Part shown: piece by piece, positions 12,621 to 25,985 of the stretch
How positions within the stretch are numbered: position 1 is the first letter of the stretch
How the letters are laid out: each line of letters opens with the position of its first letter
NCBI GenBank assembly: GCA_028534125.1
Contig: CM052818.1
Coordinates: 40,674,001-40,738,000, forward strand
DNA: 64,000 nt
Direction of reading: 5' to 3'
From: Lama glama
Taxonomy: Eukaryota
Position numbers and translations under genes: made by a program
The notes under the pieces: generated by a model
The model's database searches: none
What the model saw: the letters and a program-made list of their open reading frames with translations, nothing else
Told to the model about the DNA's origin: nothing

Positions 12621-15600
12621 CTATATCAATCGTACTTGGAACTCTTGAGTGTATTATTACAGCTGCAGGGAGAGTGTGAGGTCGGGGTATGACCAGAGCT
12701 AAGGTGTTGGGAGAGTGGGGCATGTGTGTTCTTGCTCAGTGTCCTTTGTGCCCACAAGTCAATCTACCGCTAGATTAGGAGCCCCGAGGCATGGGTGTCT
12801 GTCTGCATCTCCTACAGCAAAGCAGTGTCCAGCCATGGGGAGTTAGAGGGCCACCAACCTCACATTTACCCTCCGTAAGCCTAGGTCCTCAGTGTCCAGG
12901 ACCAATGGACTCAGAAGAATCCCACTTGAGGCCTGTCTGCTGCATTTCCAGACATTGCAGTTCATTGAGTGCATCACCCCCCACCTCAGTCCCATCAGCA
13001 GCGGCCTCTTTGGGGAGGTGAATCCCAGCACCTTGTCTAACTAGAACCTTCTCCAGCTTACCTCCACCCCAGATGTTTGCAAATAACAACTTTTTGAAAG
13101 CAAAACATGCAACAGTTGCTGCTATGCTCAGCAATCTGTAGCACACAGAAGAGCAACACCTCACCCACCCCTGGGCAGCTTAGGCTCCAGCCTCCTCCAT
13201 CTTCTTCCCACCATCACGTCTCAAAGCCAAAAGACGGAGGTGAGGCCAGGCCTCACCCTTGCAAGCTGTGAGCAAAGCCATTCTGACTTTCCATTTAAGG
13301 AACAGTCCTACTTACCCCAAGGGTGGCTGTGAACATTAAGTCAGGTACCACTTCAAAGGGCCTGGCCAGTGATAGTTTTATGAGACTGTGAGGTTCCCAA
13401 GCACTAGGACCCTGCCTCGTCATGTTGGTATCCCCAGTGATTAGCACTAAATAGCCATTTATAGAACTGAACAGGAGTTTCTAGAGACCAGCCATGGGTG
13501 TGGGGCTCCCCCCACTGGTACAGGCACCCTGGCCAGAGAGCACAGCCCAGCCTGGCTAGCCCAGGGCCTCCCATATGCCTTCTTGGGCATCTCTTCTTTC
13601 AAGAGTTCCTCTCTGCTGAATCCATCCCCACACGTTAAAAGCCACCAGGCAGTAGAGCACACGTAATCTTTCTCTACGATGCACAGGGAGTGGTCAGAGT
13701 GGGCCTCGGCTTTCCCTTGGCAACAGCCTTCCCTTTGAATGTCTCCTCTCTACTCTGCTCCTCAAATGTAGGGGGTTCTAGCTGTGCAGGGCCTTCCTGT
13801 GTCTCCCCAGCTTCCTGGTGGACTCATGCTGCCTGGCCTGGCCTGACCTGGATGTCAGAGAACTGCTCAGCAGGTCATCCCTGCCCCGGGAGGGAACGGA
13901 CACCCCTGTGGTGCCCTGTGAGACTTGGCAAGACTGTCTCCAGTCCACATCAGTCATTTCTCCTCTCCAGTCCATGACATGTAATTGAAAGTCAATGAAA
14001 CCATTCTCTTGCTCATTAATTAATCACAGAACATAAAGCAAACACAATTCTATCAAAGCATATTATTTCTAGACCCTTCCCTTGTGTTTAAGTGAAATCT
14101 TGCCCTTGAAGAACAAAACTGTAAAGTTAAATGTCCAAATATTTCCTAGTAACAGCTTTCTTTCTTCAGAGAAAAGGAAGTCGAACCCCTGGAATGGACT
14201 TTCAATGCATATTTTGAACCTCAAATACCTCATTGCACACACGGTAAATCTAAGACCCATTTTTTTTTCAACAACCTATCTTGTAATTTATTATGCAAAG
14301 ATTCTATCTTTGGTACAGTCTTTGTCTCATGTTACGCTGTAGGAAGAGCAGTGAACAATTTCAGAGACAGATCTTAACCTCTGAGACATGTTGATCTGTG
14401 GGAGCATCTGTCCCATGGGAAGAAAAATATTTTCCTCATTTTTCTAGGAAATAAGTTCCAGTGGACCTCCCCAGTTCCCATTTTGGCATCTTGTCCACAC
14501 TCTCTTCAGCAAAACGTCAGACTGCAATGTAGACAAAGCCTCCCAGCCGGGCTCTCATGCAGCCAAGCTCCAGAGTACAGACCCTGAGCCACAGAGAAAG
14601 GCAGCAGCCTCGGAGCCTCCCAAGGGCAAGAGACAATCTCATCCCAGGCTGGACCACAGGTCTCCAGAAGCTCAGAATGATGCATCTCCAGCCAGACTCA
14701 GGGTCCAATGGGACACAGCGTACCTGGTGTATTTATCACCTGTGAAGGGAGGGGGTCTCAGAAAAGCTGACAACTTCAAGTTACACTCACATAGATACAA
14801 GTTTTTGAACCCAAATAAACTTTAATTTGGGGCCACTTAATGCCTTTCATCAACTCCCATTGTCTTAGTTTAACAAGTGGAATCATAAATTATGCAATTG
14901 ACAGCAATTGCTCTTATTTGCAATTAGAATTCGTTTGTCAGTGCTCTGCCCGTGAATAATTAATAGTAGGAGAACCGCGATGGAGCAAATGCACTTCGGT
15001 GGGGTGTACTGAATATTCAGGGAGTCTCCGTTTGTGACGGCCATTTTGGGTTGAAATGGTCAGCCAGTAAATCACTCCAAATAGCATTCAACCCAGCAAG
15101 TCCACCGTGTTATGAGCTAGAAACAAGAACCCAGGTGCAAATAATCCCAAGACTTGTTTGTGGCTGGAAGCAGAGTAAACAGAAGCATTATACTCTTGTA
15201 AATATCCACTGAACAAAACTCTCTGTGTGATTCTGGGTCACTTCTGGAGACCTCTCTTTGAGATCACATTTTCCCCATCAGTAAAGTGAGAATGTCAGGG
15301 TCTGTGGCTCTTAAGTTCCATTTTGGAGTTTAAATTTTTAAGGCGCTCTTAGAGTGTTTAAGCTGCAGTCCAGGAGTTCCAAAGGGATCTATAGGTAAGC
15401 ATCCATTTCAACATAATTTCCTTTGGACAACCTAACATTTTATTTTTTGTGCTTAAAAACAGGTTCATCTCCTTCACCAGTACCTAAGAGATTCATGGCA
15501 CACACAAAAAAGGTTGAATTTTAGGTATAATAATATATATGTACATGTGCACTAAACATAACAATTAATCTTGATCCAAACAAAAAGAAAACACAAACAT

Positions 15601-15759
15601 TAGCCTTTTGAACAGCAGTCCTGAGAAGGTCCTTTTCAACTGCCATCCCAGCCTCACAGCCTCCTCTTCTCCAGACCAGGAACTCCTCCACAGCCTCCCT
15701 GTCAGGCTGAGAAGTCCGTTCACAAACACCACTGTGTAAGCTCTGTCGAGCAGCCCTCT

Positions 15760-15890
15760 AAGGTAGGTACATCACTACCCTGATTCTTTAAGTGAAACTG
15801 AACCTTGGAGAGAGTAAATTACTTGCCCCAAATCATATGCCCAGAATGAAAGTCTCCTGACTCCAAATCCTTGCTGTATCCCTTTGCCAT
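15760..15890 (-). mobile_element. MIR SINE
   Basis: aggtaggtacatcactaccc...gaaactgaacc...gtaaattacttgcccaaatca...ctgactccaaatcc. Confidence 0.65.
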
Positions 15891-16419
15891 GTTAGTCATC
15901 AGCCTTGAACACAGCATGAAATAAAGCTTTATCAACAAAATCAGAAACATGATTTATCACAGTAGAAAAATCAAACTCAATTTAGATGTCTTATAGTGGA
16001 GGAGGTGGTGAATGTTCCTCTTCATGGGAAAACAGCCCAAAATGATTCATTTACCAGGAAGAGGACAGAAATTCCCAAAGCCACCCTCAGGACTCCATCT
16101 GAAACAGAAACACACATCCTGAGAGCCTTGGGCCACCAGAACAGAAGGCGGTGCAATGGCTGAGTCATTATGTTCTATAGAAGCAAAAGAGATGCTTTGA
16201 TTCTCCGCATTCCTGTGAAGTCTTTGCAAAATAAAGTCTCAGTCAGAACTTTTAACTATGAGATAATGAATGTTAAACTTTCATTTCCTATTGGATTCAT
16301 AGCCTGGGATATGGCTCCTGAGAACTGAGGGAACTTTTCTCTTCACAGAACATTCCAACTCCAAGCACAGGAGAGTTCAATTCAACAACCTAGTGGCTAC
16401 CTAGTCCTAAACAGCAAGT

Positions 16420-17040
16420 GTGTGCCCAGCGCCGAACACAACACCTGAAAGATGATGAATAAGGCATAAACTCAGGCCAGTAAAGAGATAAACACACATC
16501 AAAGAATAATAATAATAATTGCAGTACAAGACAGAATTTGCAAGGCCATAACGCAGGAACACACCAAGGAGATGGAGAGATTCACTTTGAATGACAAAAT
16601 ATACCAAGGTTTCATGAAGGAGATGAATTTGGGACCTGGGAAATAACCCCTCCTCTCCTTCTCCATCACAAGGTGAGGCAGAAAAAGGGCATAAAGAGAG
16701 GAGGCTCGAATAACATCCATGTTTTAAAAGAATGATGCATTGGGAAAGGCATGGCATGTTCCGGGATGATGGAAGGTTAGGAAGGGACAGGTGTTGCAAC
16801 AGGTCTAAAGAGATCGACCAGGCTGTCATGAAGGACCTTGTACAGCACAAAAGGTGTATGAACAGTACCTCACTGTTGACAAGGAACCAATTGACATTTT
16901 AAGTAGAAGACTCACAAAATCTGATTTTTTAGAAAAATCACTCCTGCGGCTGGGGCTTGGGTGAGGTGGGGTGGAGGTGGGTGGGGGAAGGGGCTGAAGA
17001 ATCAGAAGCTTAGAGGCCTGTTAAAGGGCTGTGAAATCTG
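16420..17040 (-). mobile_element. L2 fragment (degenerate)
   Basis: tgtgcccagc...ggtttcatgaaggagatgaatttg...tttagaaaaatcactcctgcggctg. Confidence 0.5.
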
Positions 17041-17467
17041 CTGACCCTGACACTCAGCAGTAGCAGGGAGACTGTAACAGAACTCATACTGAGTCCAGAG
17101 CTGCCTCCTAATAACTTTAATTAAGGTATTTCTCAGAAATCTCATTCAGTTTCAGCAAAGGAGAAAGCTGATGTGTTATTGGGTTATCTGATACTCCTTA
17201 GAAATAGCCTTAGTGCAGAAGAATCATGCAATAAGTAAAGTAATTCTCAATAATGCATAAAGTACAGAATTAAGCCAGTCATCCAGAAAGCTCAGCCCCC
17301 AAATATTTTAACAATAATATGGCTATTTCACGTGGAAAATGGATTTTAGTCTGAGGTACACATGGCACGGCTTAATCCTCAAGAGGACCAATCCTGGGTC
17401 ATCATTTTGTGGAAATAGCCTTAGTCATACCACTCAGCCATTGAAGAAGTTCCCTACTGGACCCCCC

Positions 17468-17625
17468 TGAAAAAAAAAAAGAAAAAAAGAAGGAAAGAGA
17501 AAGGGAGGGGAAATGGGGAAGGAGAAGGAAAAAGGGTAGAAAGAGCAAAAGAAGAGAAGGAAAGGAAAGAAAGAAACCTAGAGGGAGACGCACATAAACA
17601 GAGAAAGAGACAGAGAGAAAAATCA
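17468..17625. repeat. Purine-rich (A/GA/GGAA) low-complexity tract
   Basis: Directly visible. Confidence 0.85.
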
Positions 17626-18129
17626 GCCCAGGAAGTTAAGATAAGAACAGAAGTCATCGGAAAAGTCAGGTAGATGGCGAGGATTTGGGGAGGGGGAGAG
17701 AGGGAGGGCAAAGAATGGCATCTGATCACGTAAAAGTAGTCAGTTCCTCACGCAGTCACCCAGCCCCCTCCCTGGTGCCTGAAGAAGGAAGAAATGATAC
17801 AGCGCGGTGGCTTCCCGTGTTCCCTGCCCTCCTTGAGAGAAGGCAGGCGTGGCACAGAGGTGGGGTCAGTGACAACGTGCAAGCAGGTAAGATATTCTTA
17901 CTCCACTACATGCGGTAAATTCTTCCATCCACCCTCCTTCCCATTCAGGCAGTGAGCGCTCTACTGAGACATGTAGTGTGTTCCGGGCGCAGTAGCAGTC
18001 CCTGGGAATGACAGTGAGTGAAGGAACAAACGAATGAAACCCCCGACCTTGGCCGCCCAGTGTTTATCTTGCTTTGGCTTCTCTACCATCATCAACAGAA
18101 GCAGAACAAATCTCTGAGAGAGCAGAAGA

Positions 18130-18320
18130 GTTGGGATGATCTGACTGCTCTCCAGCTGCACGGCCTTACGTGGGTAAGGAACCTGACGCCTCGGAGTCTC
18201 CATTTCCACATCTGTGAAATAAAGATAAGGGAACTTTTCAGTTCACGTCGCAAGGTCGTTGGGAAGACACAAGGAGAGTATTACAAAGTCCTCTGTAATC
18301 TCTAAAGCACAAGCATACGC
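18130..18320 (+). mobile_element. MIR SINE
   Basis: ctccatttccacatctgtgaaataaagataa core, followed by gtcgttgggaagac. Confidence 0.6.
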
Positions 18321-19169
18321 TACTCTCATAACGAAGGAAACATCTGGAAGTTTACTATGTGACCGCTGAATGTAATTTAAGTTAGAGGCTTAATGTTTAC
18401 CTTATAGTCTTTGAAGAAGGTGTCAGGTGATTAAATTAATGCTGTAAACAAGCTGAGGGAGGGGGGAGTAGGCACCTAAGCCGCTTAGTTGTCCCTAGCC
18501 ACAACTGGTGTGCTAAGCACGCATCTCATTTGGTTATTCACAGAAGCAAGGTCCTTCAGGACAATGCCATTCAAGTTGTTCTAGGTAGTCTGCGTATTTG
18601 AAAGAAATGAAACTGAATTGCTTCAAAACAAAGATAGACCATAATTCAGATTTCTTCTATTTTAGGCGGCCTCGTTCACCCAAGGTTCCCCACCCCCTAC
18701 CTCCATGAGGATGGATCAGTGGCGTTTGACTGGCAGGACTTTGGAAATGAGGACAGGTGACCAGCAATGCACTGACTCTACAAAGAGAACTATCATGTGC
18801 ATAGGGAGCTCAGTCAGGGATTCTGGAGGACAAACCCTTTGGTTGAGCAAGAATTGCACTTGGGAATAGGACAAGATGGCACGGGCAAGGTGATAGCATC
18901 CCCTCTAAGGATACAGAAAGGAGAAAAATTTAAAAACAAAACCCAGTCTCTGGGAGCTCATCACTGGAGTCTTCCTGCATGGAGAATGGCGACTTGCTGC
19001 CTCCCACCAAGGCCGTCTTCTAACAGCTCTGACCCCGACACCACGCTGAGATGCCTGGCTGAAATCACAGACCCCAGGATGGAAGCAGGGCGACTGGAGG
19101 AGCTGCAGACCATTCCACTGTGTCTCTTCCTGGACACACCAGCGAACTACACGTGAGTGGGATTTTATA

Positions 19170-19320
19170 GACTGTGAAGCACTTTCCCTACGTTGTCTCT
19201 TTGATTCTCACCGCCAGCCTGGGAGGTAGGGAATTATTAGCCCCGTTTTACAGAGGTGCAAACAGGAAGCTCAGAAAAATTAATCGGCTTGCCATAACTC
19301 ACACAGCTGTTGCTAGAACC
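19170..19320 (-). mobile_element. MIR SINE
   Basis: gggaggtagggaattattagccccgttttacagaggtgcaaacaggaagctcagaa. Confidence 0.75.
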
Positions 19321-19649
19321 ACACATTTTCCCCAGAGCCTGCCTTCATCAACTATGCTCTCCCTTACGAATTGTTAGCTCCCCTGTCTACTAGTCTCCAC
19401 CCCCATCGTATAAATAGACTCAATTTTCTTCTATCTTTGTAACCTTTTTCTAATATTACTAAATTATTATTTGATATAAATTTCATGTAACATTTTTTAC
19501 ATTTATTTATATCCAAATTCTTCTCTATAAAGGTTGAAGATGTCTTGCAACAAAGATGCCCAATACCATTAATATGGAATGAGGAAATTAGGATTGGAAC
19601 AAATATGTAATCATAGGTAACTTGTTTAAATGGAGTGTGTTCTCTCTCT

Positions 19650-19810
19650 TTATATGTATATACATATGTACATTCACATATATATTTCAATATATGTATG
19701 TATATATTATTTACATCAGTGTATAGTGTGTGTGTGTGTATGTGTATGAGAGAGAGAGAGAGAGTATACTCGGCAGGCAGATATGATTATATATATACAA
19801 CTCTCTCTAT
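19650..19810. repeat. Compound (TA)/(TG)/(GA) microsatellite
   Basis: Directly visible. Confidence 0.85.
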
Positions 19811-21554
19811 GATTTGATACTGAGTTTCCTGGGAGTCAAGGCAAAGATAAGCAGAGTTAATTATATGGCTTTCACTGTGAGGATGGAGAAAGCAGATTAG
19901 CACTTGGTGGGAACAAAATATTTCACAATAATAATCTACAAAATATTTTTCACATTGTGTTTCATATATATATTCTCCCCAGGGTCTCCTGTCGGGTAGT
20001 AAGAACCCCTTAATATTTGACAGTGGAACTTTGTTGCGTGTGCTCCAAGACAGATGTACCTTTGGAGAAATACTGACCTGCATCTAAGTGTTGAATTTTT
20101 ATCCCCCTTTTCTCTCATGGAGATCCAAAATCTTTCAGTACTTCCTGGTCATATTATGCCTAGTATCTCTGAAAATGTGGGTAAACAAGCACTCAAAATA
20201 GCAGTATTGTGATGGAAACCAATTTAATCAAGTTTAAATATTAGAAAGAAAAATCATCAATCAGAAGTTTCAATTTTAAAATGCCAATATATGAGTGAAA
20301 AAAATTTTTACATATATTTTGCTAACTGGGAAATGTATTTATTTATGGGAAATTAGGGATCATGCGGTCACTTCAAATTTTATTAAGTATTCAATTCTTT
20401 CAACAAATTCAGTTTTCTGCACATGATCCACATGATCGCCTTTTAACATTACTTTCATGCAAATGTAGTGCAATACATCCAGGCAAGAGCCTTTATATGA
20501 AGTCAGTTCAGGATCGGGTGGTTTAAATTCACTTCTACTGCAAAGGATGCTGCTTGATTTGCTTAATAAAACCAGAAGCTTCCATTACAAATGGCAAGTA
20601 TACACATGGGAGGATGGGCTGACCTTGGAATTTTTTTGAAGAGCCAAAAAAGTTTTCAAGAAACAGATAATATTAGAATGTTAGCAGCATTTTTATTTAG
20701 TCAAGCACATAGATGTTCTTACTTAGGTAGAATTTGTTATACAAAAAAAGTCCATTTTAATCCTGGATACAAACACATAAAAGAGTAAACTTGCATATGT
20801 GTCTCTTTTCTTCCCTGATGCAGACATTTGAACTTTGGTTATAACTGAGAAGAGATGTCTCAGTTACCAGTGGTGAAGGGTTTCTAGAGACACTGTGTTC
20901 CCGAGTTTCCTCACAACTGGAGAGCCATTCTACGGGAGACAGTTTGGTGGGGTGGAAAGGATCAAGAACCAAGAGTCAACCTGGGTTCCAGTGGAGTGAG
21001 CTGAGTATCCACTGACGGGTTGGAGACTTTAGTTTGCTATTCTTCAGAACATTAATAATAGTTCATCGCCGTGTTACTCTAAGTATTAACTAAAATAATG
21101 AGTATAAAGTATGTGGAACAGTTTCTAACACAAAGTAGACATTTAACAAATGTGGGTTCTTTCCCTTTTCTGTTTATCTTTGGGGATAGTTTAAGGATCA
21201 AATAGTCATTCAACAAATGTTTATTAATTGTTTGGTCTCTGTACATACTGTTCCAGGGTGTGGAGCTGTAGCAGTAAATAAGATTGAATTCCTGTACAAG
21301 TGCCACATAAATATGAGTTGCGTTATTACTGGGATTTCTAGAGCAACAAATGCTATATGATTCTACCTGTCTCATGATCCAGAGGAAGGCAAAAATGGAA
21401 TTGGGGAATGGCCTTATGGAAGTGAAAAAAATAATCACATGGAAGTTATTATGGGGAACTCCCCCTCCCCAGAATTCTCCTACAATATGGTAACTGCTGA
21501 AATTGCCAGGCATGCTAAGTAAACCAGGAAATTTTTTTAAAAATATCACACATG

Positions 21555-23720
21555 AACATTCTGTCTCTGCTTAGGGTGTAGAAAGTCACATGCGAGTGTT
21601 GATCTCAGCCTAACAAACAAGATAGAGAAGCTACAATACCTTTGTTTTTTCAAATATGTGAATCAACTATTCAAAGAAACCTAACTGAAATGAACTCCAA
21701 GAAAGGACAAGCTCACTATAAGAGAGAAGAAATTCTCAACAGTTTGCATTCCTGGCAGAGTAATGAGGGAAAAAATAGTTGGGGATAAAGAGAATCACCT
21801 GAAATTTTAACAAAAATTTCAGGCTGTATATGGACTAGTATGACAGATTAATATTCTGAGAAACCCCAGGCACAGAGTCACACTAAATTCATCTGCCAAA
21901 TCTTGCCAAAGGGTCTTTGTGCTCGGAGATAGAATGCCAAAGGCTTAGAGCAGGTCAAAAGCACCGAGAAAGATCGCCCATGAGGGACACAGTGCCTCCT
22001 ACAGGGACAAAGTAGCCACCCTCCAGAGGCAAGAAGTAGGACAAGAGAGCTAAAAGAAATTCACTGGAGGCCTCACAGGTACCCAGGCACCAAATACTTG
22101 AGGAGATAAAAGACATCTGCAGAAAAACATGGCATTCCAAAGCTTCCTAGAGGGGAGTAAAATTGCCCGAGGAACTGTGAACAGGCCAGCAGGGGAAAAA
22201 AGTTTTTCTAAGCCACAAAAATTACAGGGACTAAACTAAAGAACAGAGAGAATTCCCTAGCAACCTGTAAATCTTACAGCCAGACTATAAAGTAGAGCAA
22301 GTTTTCACACAGTTTGGAAAGCTGTAAAGTAAGTTGTAATCTGTAAAAAAATCTCCAGAATCATGTCACGTCCAGGGCATAAACCTTGCTGAAGAGAAAG
22401 TCCCAAGCCACCCTCAGAACAACTCAAGCCCGCAACGAGTGAACGGAATCGAACCAAAGCCACTGCACAGCCCAGCTGAGGTCAGCGACAGATCAGACTG
22501 ACATAGGCCCTCATTCCAAAAGTCTGACAGCAGGAGGAGTGCATTCTTTTCTGAGAGTAAATGTTGCTTGCATTAGTTTGTTTTTGATAGCAAAGGTCTG
22601 CTATGTGACCAAACATTGTAAGATACATCATGAATCAAGAAAATGTGACCTGTGGACAACAAAGGACAGAGCCAGTGAAAGCAGAATCAGAGATAGTACA
22701 GATTCTGAAACATTACTGGGTCTTGAAAATATCTAGAATAAAAATGCCAGAGGATCTAGTTGAAAACATATGCAAATTGCTTCATGGGTGAATGATTACA
22801 CAGGTGTGGCCGAGATGGTGGAGTAGGAAGACACTGAGTTCGCCTCTTCCCATGGACACACCATACTTATTGAGATGGTCATTTTGAAATGCATAAAAAA
22901 AAACAAAAACTAGGCTGTGTAACAGGAACTAACATAGCATAGACTGATTATACTTCAAAAACAAACAAACATGCAAATAAACTCATATTTAAAAAAGAGC
23001 AAATTTGTGGTTACCACAGGCAGAGGTTAGGGAAGGAGAAAGTGGATGAAGGCTGTCAAAAGCTACTACAAACTTCTAATAATAAGATAAATAAGTACTA
23101 GGGATATAATATACAACATGATAAATAAACAATATTACTTTTGTTAAATATGAAAGTTTTTAAGACTAAATCCTGAGTTCTCATCACACACAAAAAATGA
23201 CTAATTGTTTAATTTTGTTTCTATATGAGATGATGGATATCCATGAAAATGACTGTGATAGATCATTTCATGATGTATATAAGTCAAATCACTATGCTGA
23301 AGCTATTACCATTACTACTACATTACTACTACTTTGTATAATATAATATTTATTGTATGTCAGCTACATTTCAATTTTTAAGAGTTGAGTGATTATAAAA
23401 GAAAAATAGAAACTACTTTTAGTCCAAATGGAAATACTAAAAATGAGAATTACAATATGAGTAATGAATTTAATATAAGGTCTTAAAATCAAAATGGACA
23501 TAGCTGAAGAAAGGACCAGTGAACCTGAAGATAGATCAATATAAAGTAACCAAAATAAGACTAAAAAGCAAGACATTTCTAAAAGAACAGAGCATTTGAA
23601 ATCTGTAGGACAATATGAAACATTCTAACAAACATGGAGTGCCAGAAGCTGAAGACAGAATAGTATAGAGAAATATTTTAGAATAAAATGGCCAACAACT
23701 TTTCAAAATTGATGAAGATG
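21555..23720 (+). mobile_element. Old L1 5' UTR and ORF1 remnant (L1M4/MC/MD-like), interrupted at 22801-23383
   Basis: ORF1-like caagaaaatgtgacc, ccaaatggaaatactaaaaatg, gacatagctgaagaaaggaccagtgaacctgaagatagatcaata, aatggccaacaacttttcaaaattgatg. The upstream ~1.1 kb is assigned to the 5' UTR with lower certainty. Confidence 0.7.
22801..23383 (+). mobile_element. Bipartite L1 derivative: L1 5' terminus (~60 bp) fused to an L1MA9/L1_Art-like 3' UTR
   Basis: gagatggtggagtaggaagacactgagttcgcctcttcccatggacacacca, then aacaggaactaacatag...tttgtggttaccacaggc...aagataaataagtactagggat...gagttctcatcac. Diverged TSD at 22787-22800 / 23384-23397. Confidence 0.7.
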
Positions 23721-23759
23721 TGATTAATGATTAGGAGCTCACCAACTTGTAAAATGGAC

Positions 23760-24250
23760 TTGAGGACTATAAAGAAAATGAGAGTTAGATTGGTCTGGAA
23801 TACAGAGTTTGTAGGGTATTGAAATTGCCAGAGCTAAAGGTGAATAGGTCATTTGGGGACGAGATGAGAAATCTCGTGTATGTCAAACTAAGGCATTAAT
23901 ATTTAATTTGATAGGCAGTGAAGAGTCATTGAAATGCTTGAATAATGGCAGTTTAAGATTAATTTGACAATGTATGGAGCCTGGATCAAAGTAGTGAGAT
24001 AGTAACTGGGTAGATATATTAGAGATCTATGTAGCTATGTTAGCTCTCAAGGTCACTTGAGAGCTAAAGAGACTCAGAAATGGGAAATTATCAGTAGAAG
24101 TGGAACAATGCAATGGAGTGAATAAAATTCAGGGCAGGAACTTGACAGGACTTAGTATACTTAGTTAAGTGTAGAGATGGAAGAACTGCTCCCAGTGTTA
24201 GGCTTGGGTAACTGTGCAAATAGGAGAGAATGTAAGAAAAGGGGTAGACG
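23760..24250 (-). mobile_element. L2 fragment (degenerate)
   Basis: ataggcagtgaagagtcattgaa...tttaagattaatttgaca...ttgacaggacttag...cccagtgttaggcttgggtaactg. Confidence 0.6.
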
Positions 24251-24527
24251 TGGCGTGGGATGCCACTGATTAGAAACGTTGGTCTTCCTCTTCTGTTTAC
24301 TCAGCGGGGTATAGGCATGATTGCCCCTTGTCCAGTTTCAGTCTGCAGCACCAAAAACTCAACTCTGAGTTGTGAGTAGAGTTCAGTCCTATTTTACATC
24401 CCTCACTTCAGCCCACCAGGGTTCTGGTGTCTCACCTGTGGCATATTCCAACCAACAGAGGTTCACATTTGTTTTACACCCACCTTTCACCTCTGATTAA
24501 TTTTTCCCTGCTTGCAGCTGAATCCAA

Positions 24528-24950
24528 ATGTGGCAGAGTCTAGCTAGCTATTCACCAAACTAGTTTTCCTTCCTTCCATGCTCACAGCTGGACCACACCT
24601 CCCGGCCTCCCTTGACTTTAGGTGTGTTTACATGACCAGGTGTAGCCAATGAAAAGTGAACGGAAAAGTGATGAATCACACTGCCAGGCCTGACCTATTA
24701 TTACTGTACAACACTCCACTCTCATTTTCTCCTCTGCCAGTTGGATGTCAGCATCCAAGGTGACCTTGGATGATACATATTGAAGATACCAGAGCCTCCA
24801 TAAGCCTGAATGACCACATGAAGCAGAGCCTTCCCTCCCCTGCCCACCTCTCTGCCACTGTCACCGCTAGACTTTACATAAGCTAGAAAAAAACTTCTGC
24901 CGAGTTCCTCTATTGAGATTGCAGGGTTTATCACCTAGAAAACTAATGTT
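24528..24950 (+). mobile_element. MaLR solo LTR (MLT1J-like)
   Basis: tgtggcagag...ctcccggcctcccttg...agccaatgaaaagtgaacggaaaagtgatg...ggtgaccttgga...ttgaagataccagagcctc. Confidence 0.8.
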
Positions 24951-25469
24951 GCAACTCAGCTGACAATGGACTCTGTCCCACTTGCAGTACAATCCAGATT
25001 TCTGGCCAACAGCAGCTCAGAAATTGCCTTTTACTTAGAAATTGTTAAGTTGACTAACATACACAAAAAAACCCTCTGTAGTTTATTGGATAAAGAACTC
25101 AGGTCCACAAGTTACTCAATCTGCAGAGCTTCAGTCTGAAAATTCTTCTTAGCTTGAATTCTAGACTGAGACTAGTGCCCTGGGGACCTGCATGGAGGCA
25201 GAGAACAGGCAAATCACGGAGGCCAGGACAGCCAACTGGATGTTTAGAAACAACATTTTGACTAGACCTTGTACACAGTCTGCCCTCTTACAGTTTGTTT
25301 CCTCATTTTATTGGTTTATTTGCTCCATGTTGGGCTACCAAAGGGGAAATAAACCACAAAGTACCAGAAGAGGGTTATGACAGAAACCATAATTGAGACC
25401 TGAATGCTCAGCTGAAAAGAGACTGAAAAGAATACAGTGGCCCCTGTCCTTTTCTTTTTCCTTTTCTCA

Positions 25470-25985
25470 ATCAAGAAGAACTTTGCCAGCACACCTAAAG
25501 CCCCCTCATGCTTCCTTCCCATCTCATTCTCCTAAAGGGTGTTCACTCTCCCGATTTCTCACAGCATAAATTCATTTTGCCTGCTTCTGAGCTTTACGTA
25601 AATGGAAGCATTCAGGATGTATTCTTCTGTCTCTGGCTTCTTTCGTTCAACAGTATGTTTATATGATTCATCCATAATGTTCCACATGACTTGTTTATGC
25701 CACAGTTTGTTGGTTTTTATTGTTTTATAGTATTTCATCAAATGATTAAGCCAAATTTATATATCCATTCTATAGTCAATGGAACATTTGGATAGTTTCC
25801 AGTTTGGGGATATCACAAATAGTGCTGCTATAAACATTCTTCTGTATATCTCTTGGTGAACGTATGTAAGCATTTCCGTTAGCAGTCTACCTAGGAGCAG
25901 AATTTTTGGATCATACCCCATGCTTTTGTTCAGCTTTCATAGAAACAATTGAACAGTTTTCCAAAGTGGTTAAACCAATCCTGTG
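25470..25985 (-). mobile_element. L1ME-like 3' region
   Basis: ttttgcctgcttctgagctttacgtaaatggaa...tggcttctttcgttcaaca...atagtgctgctataaacattc...ttttccaaagtggtt. Confidence 0.85.
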
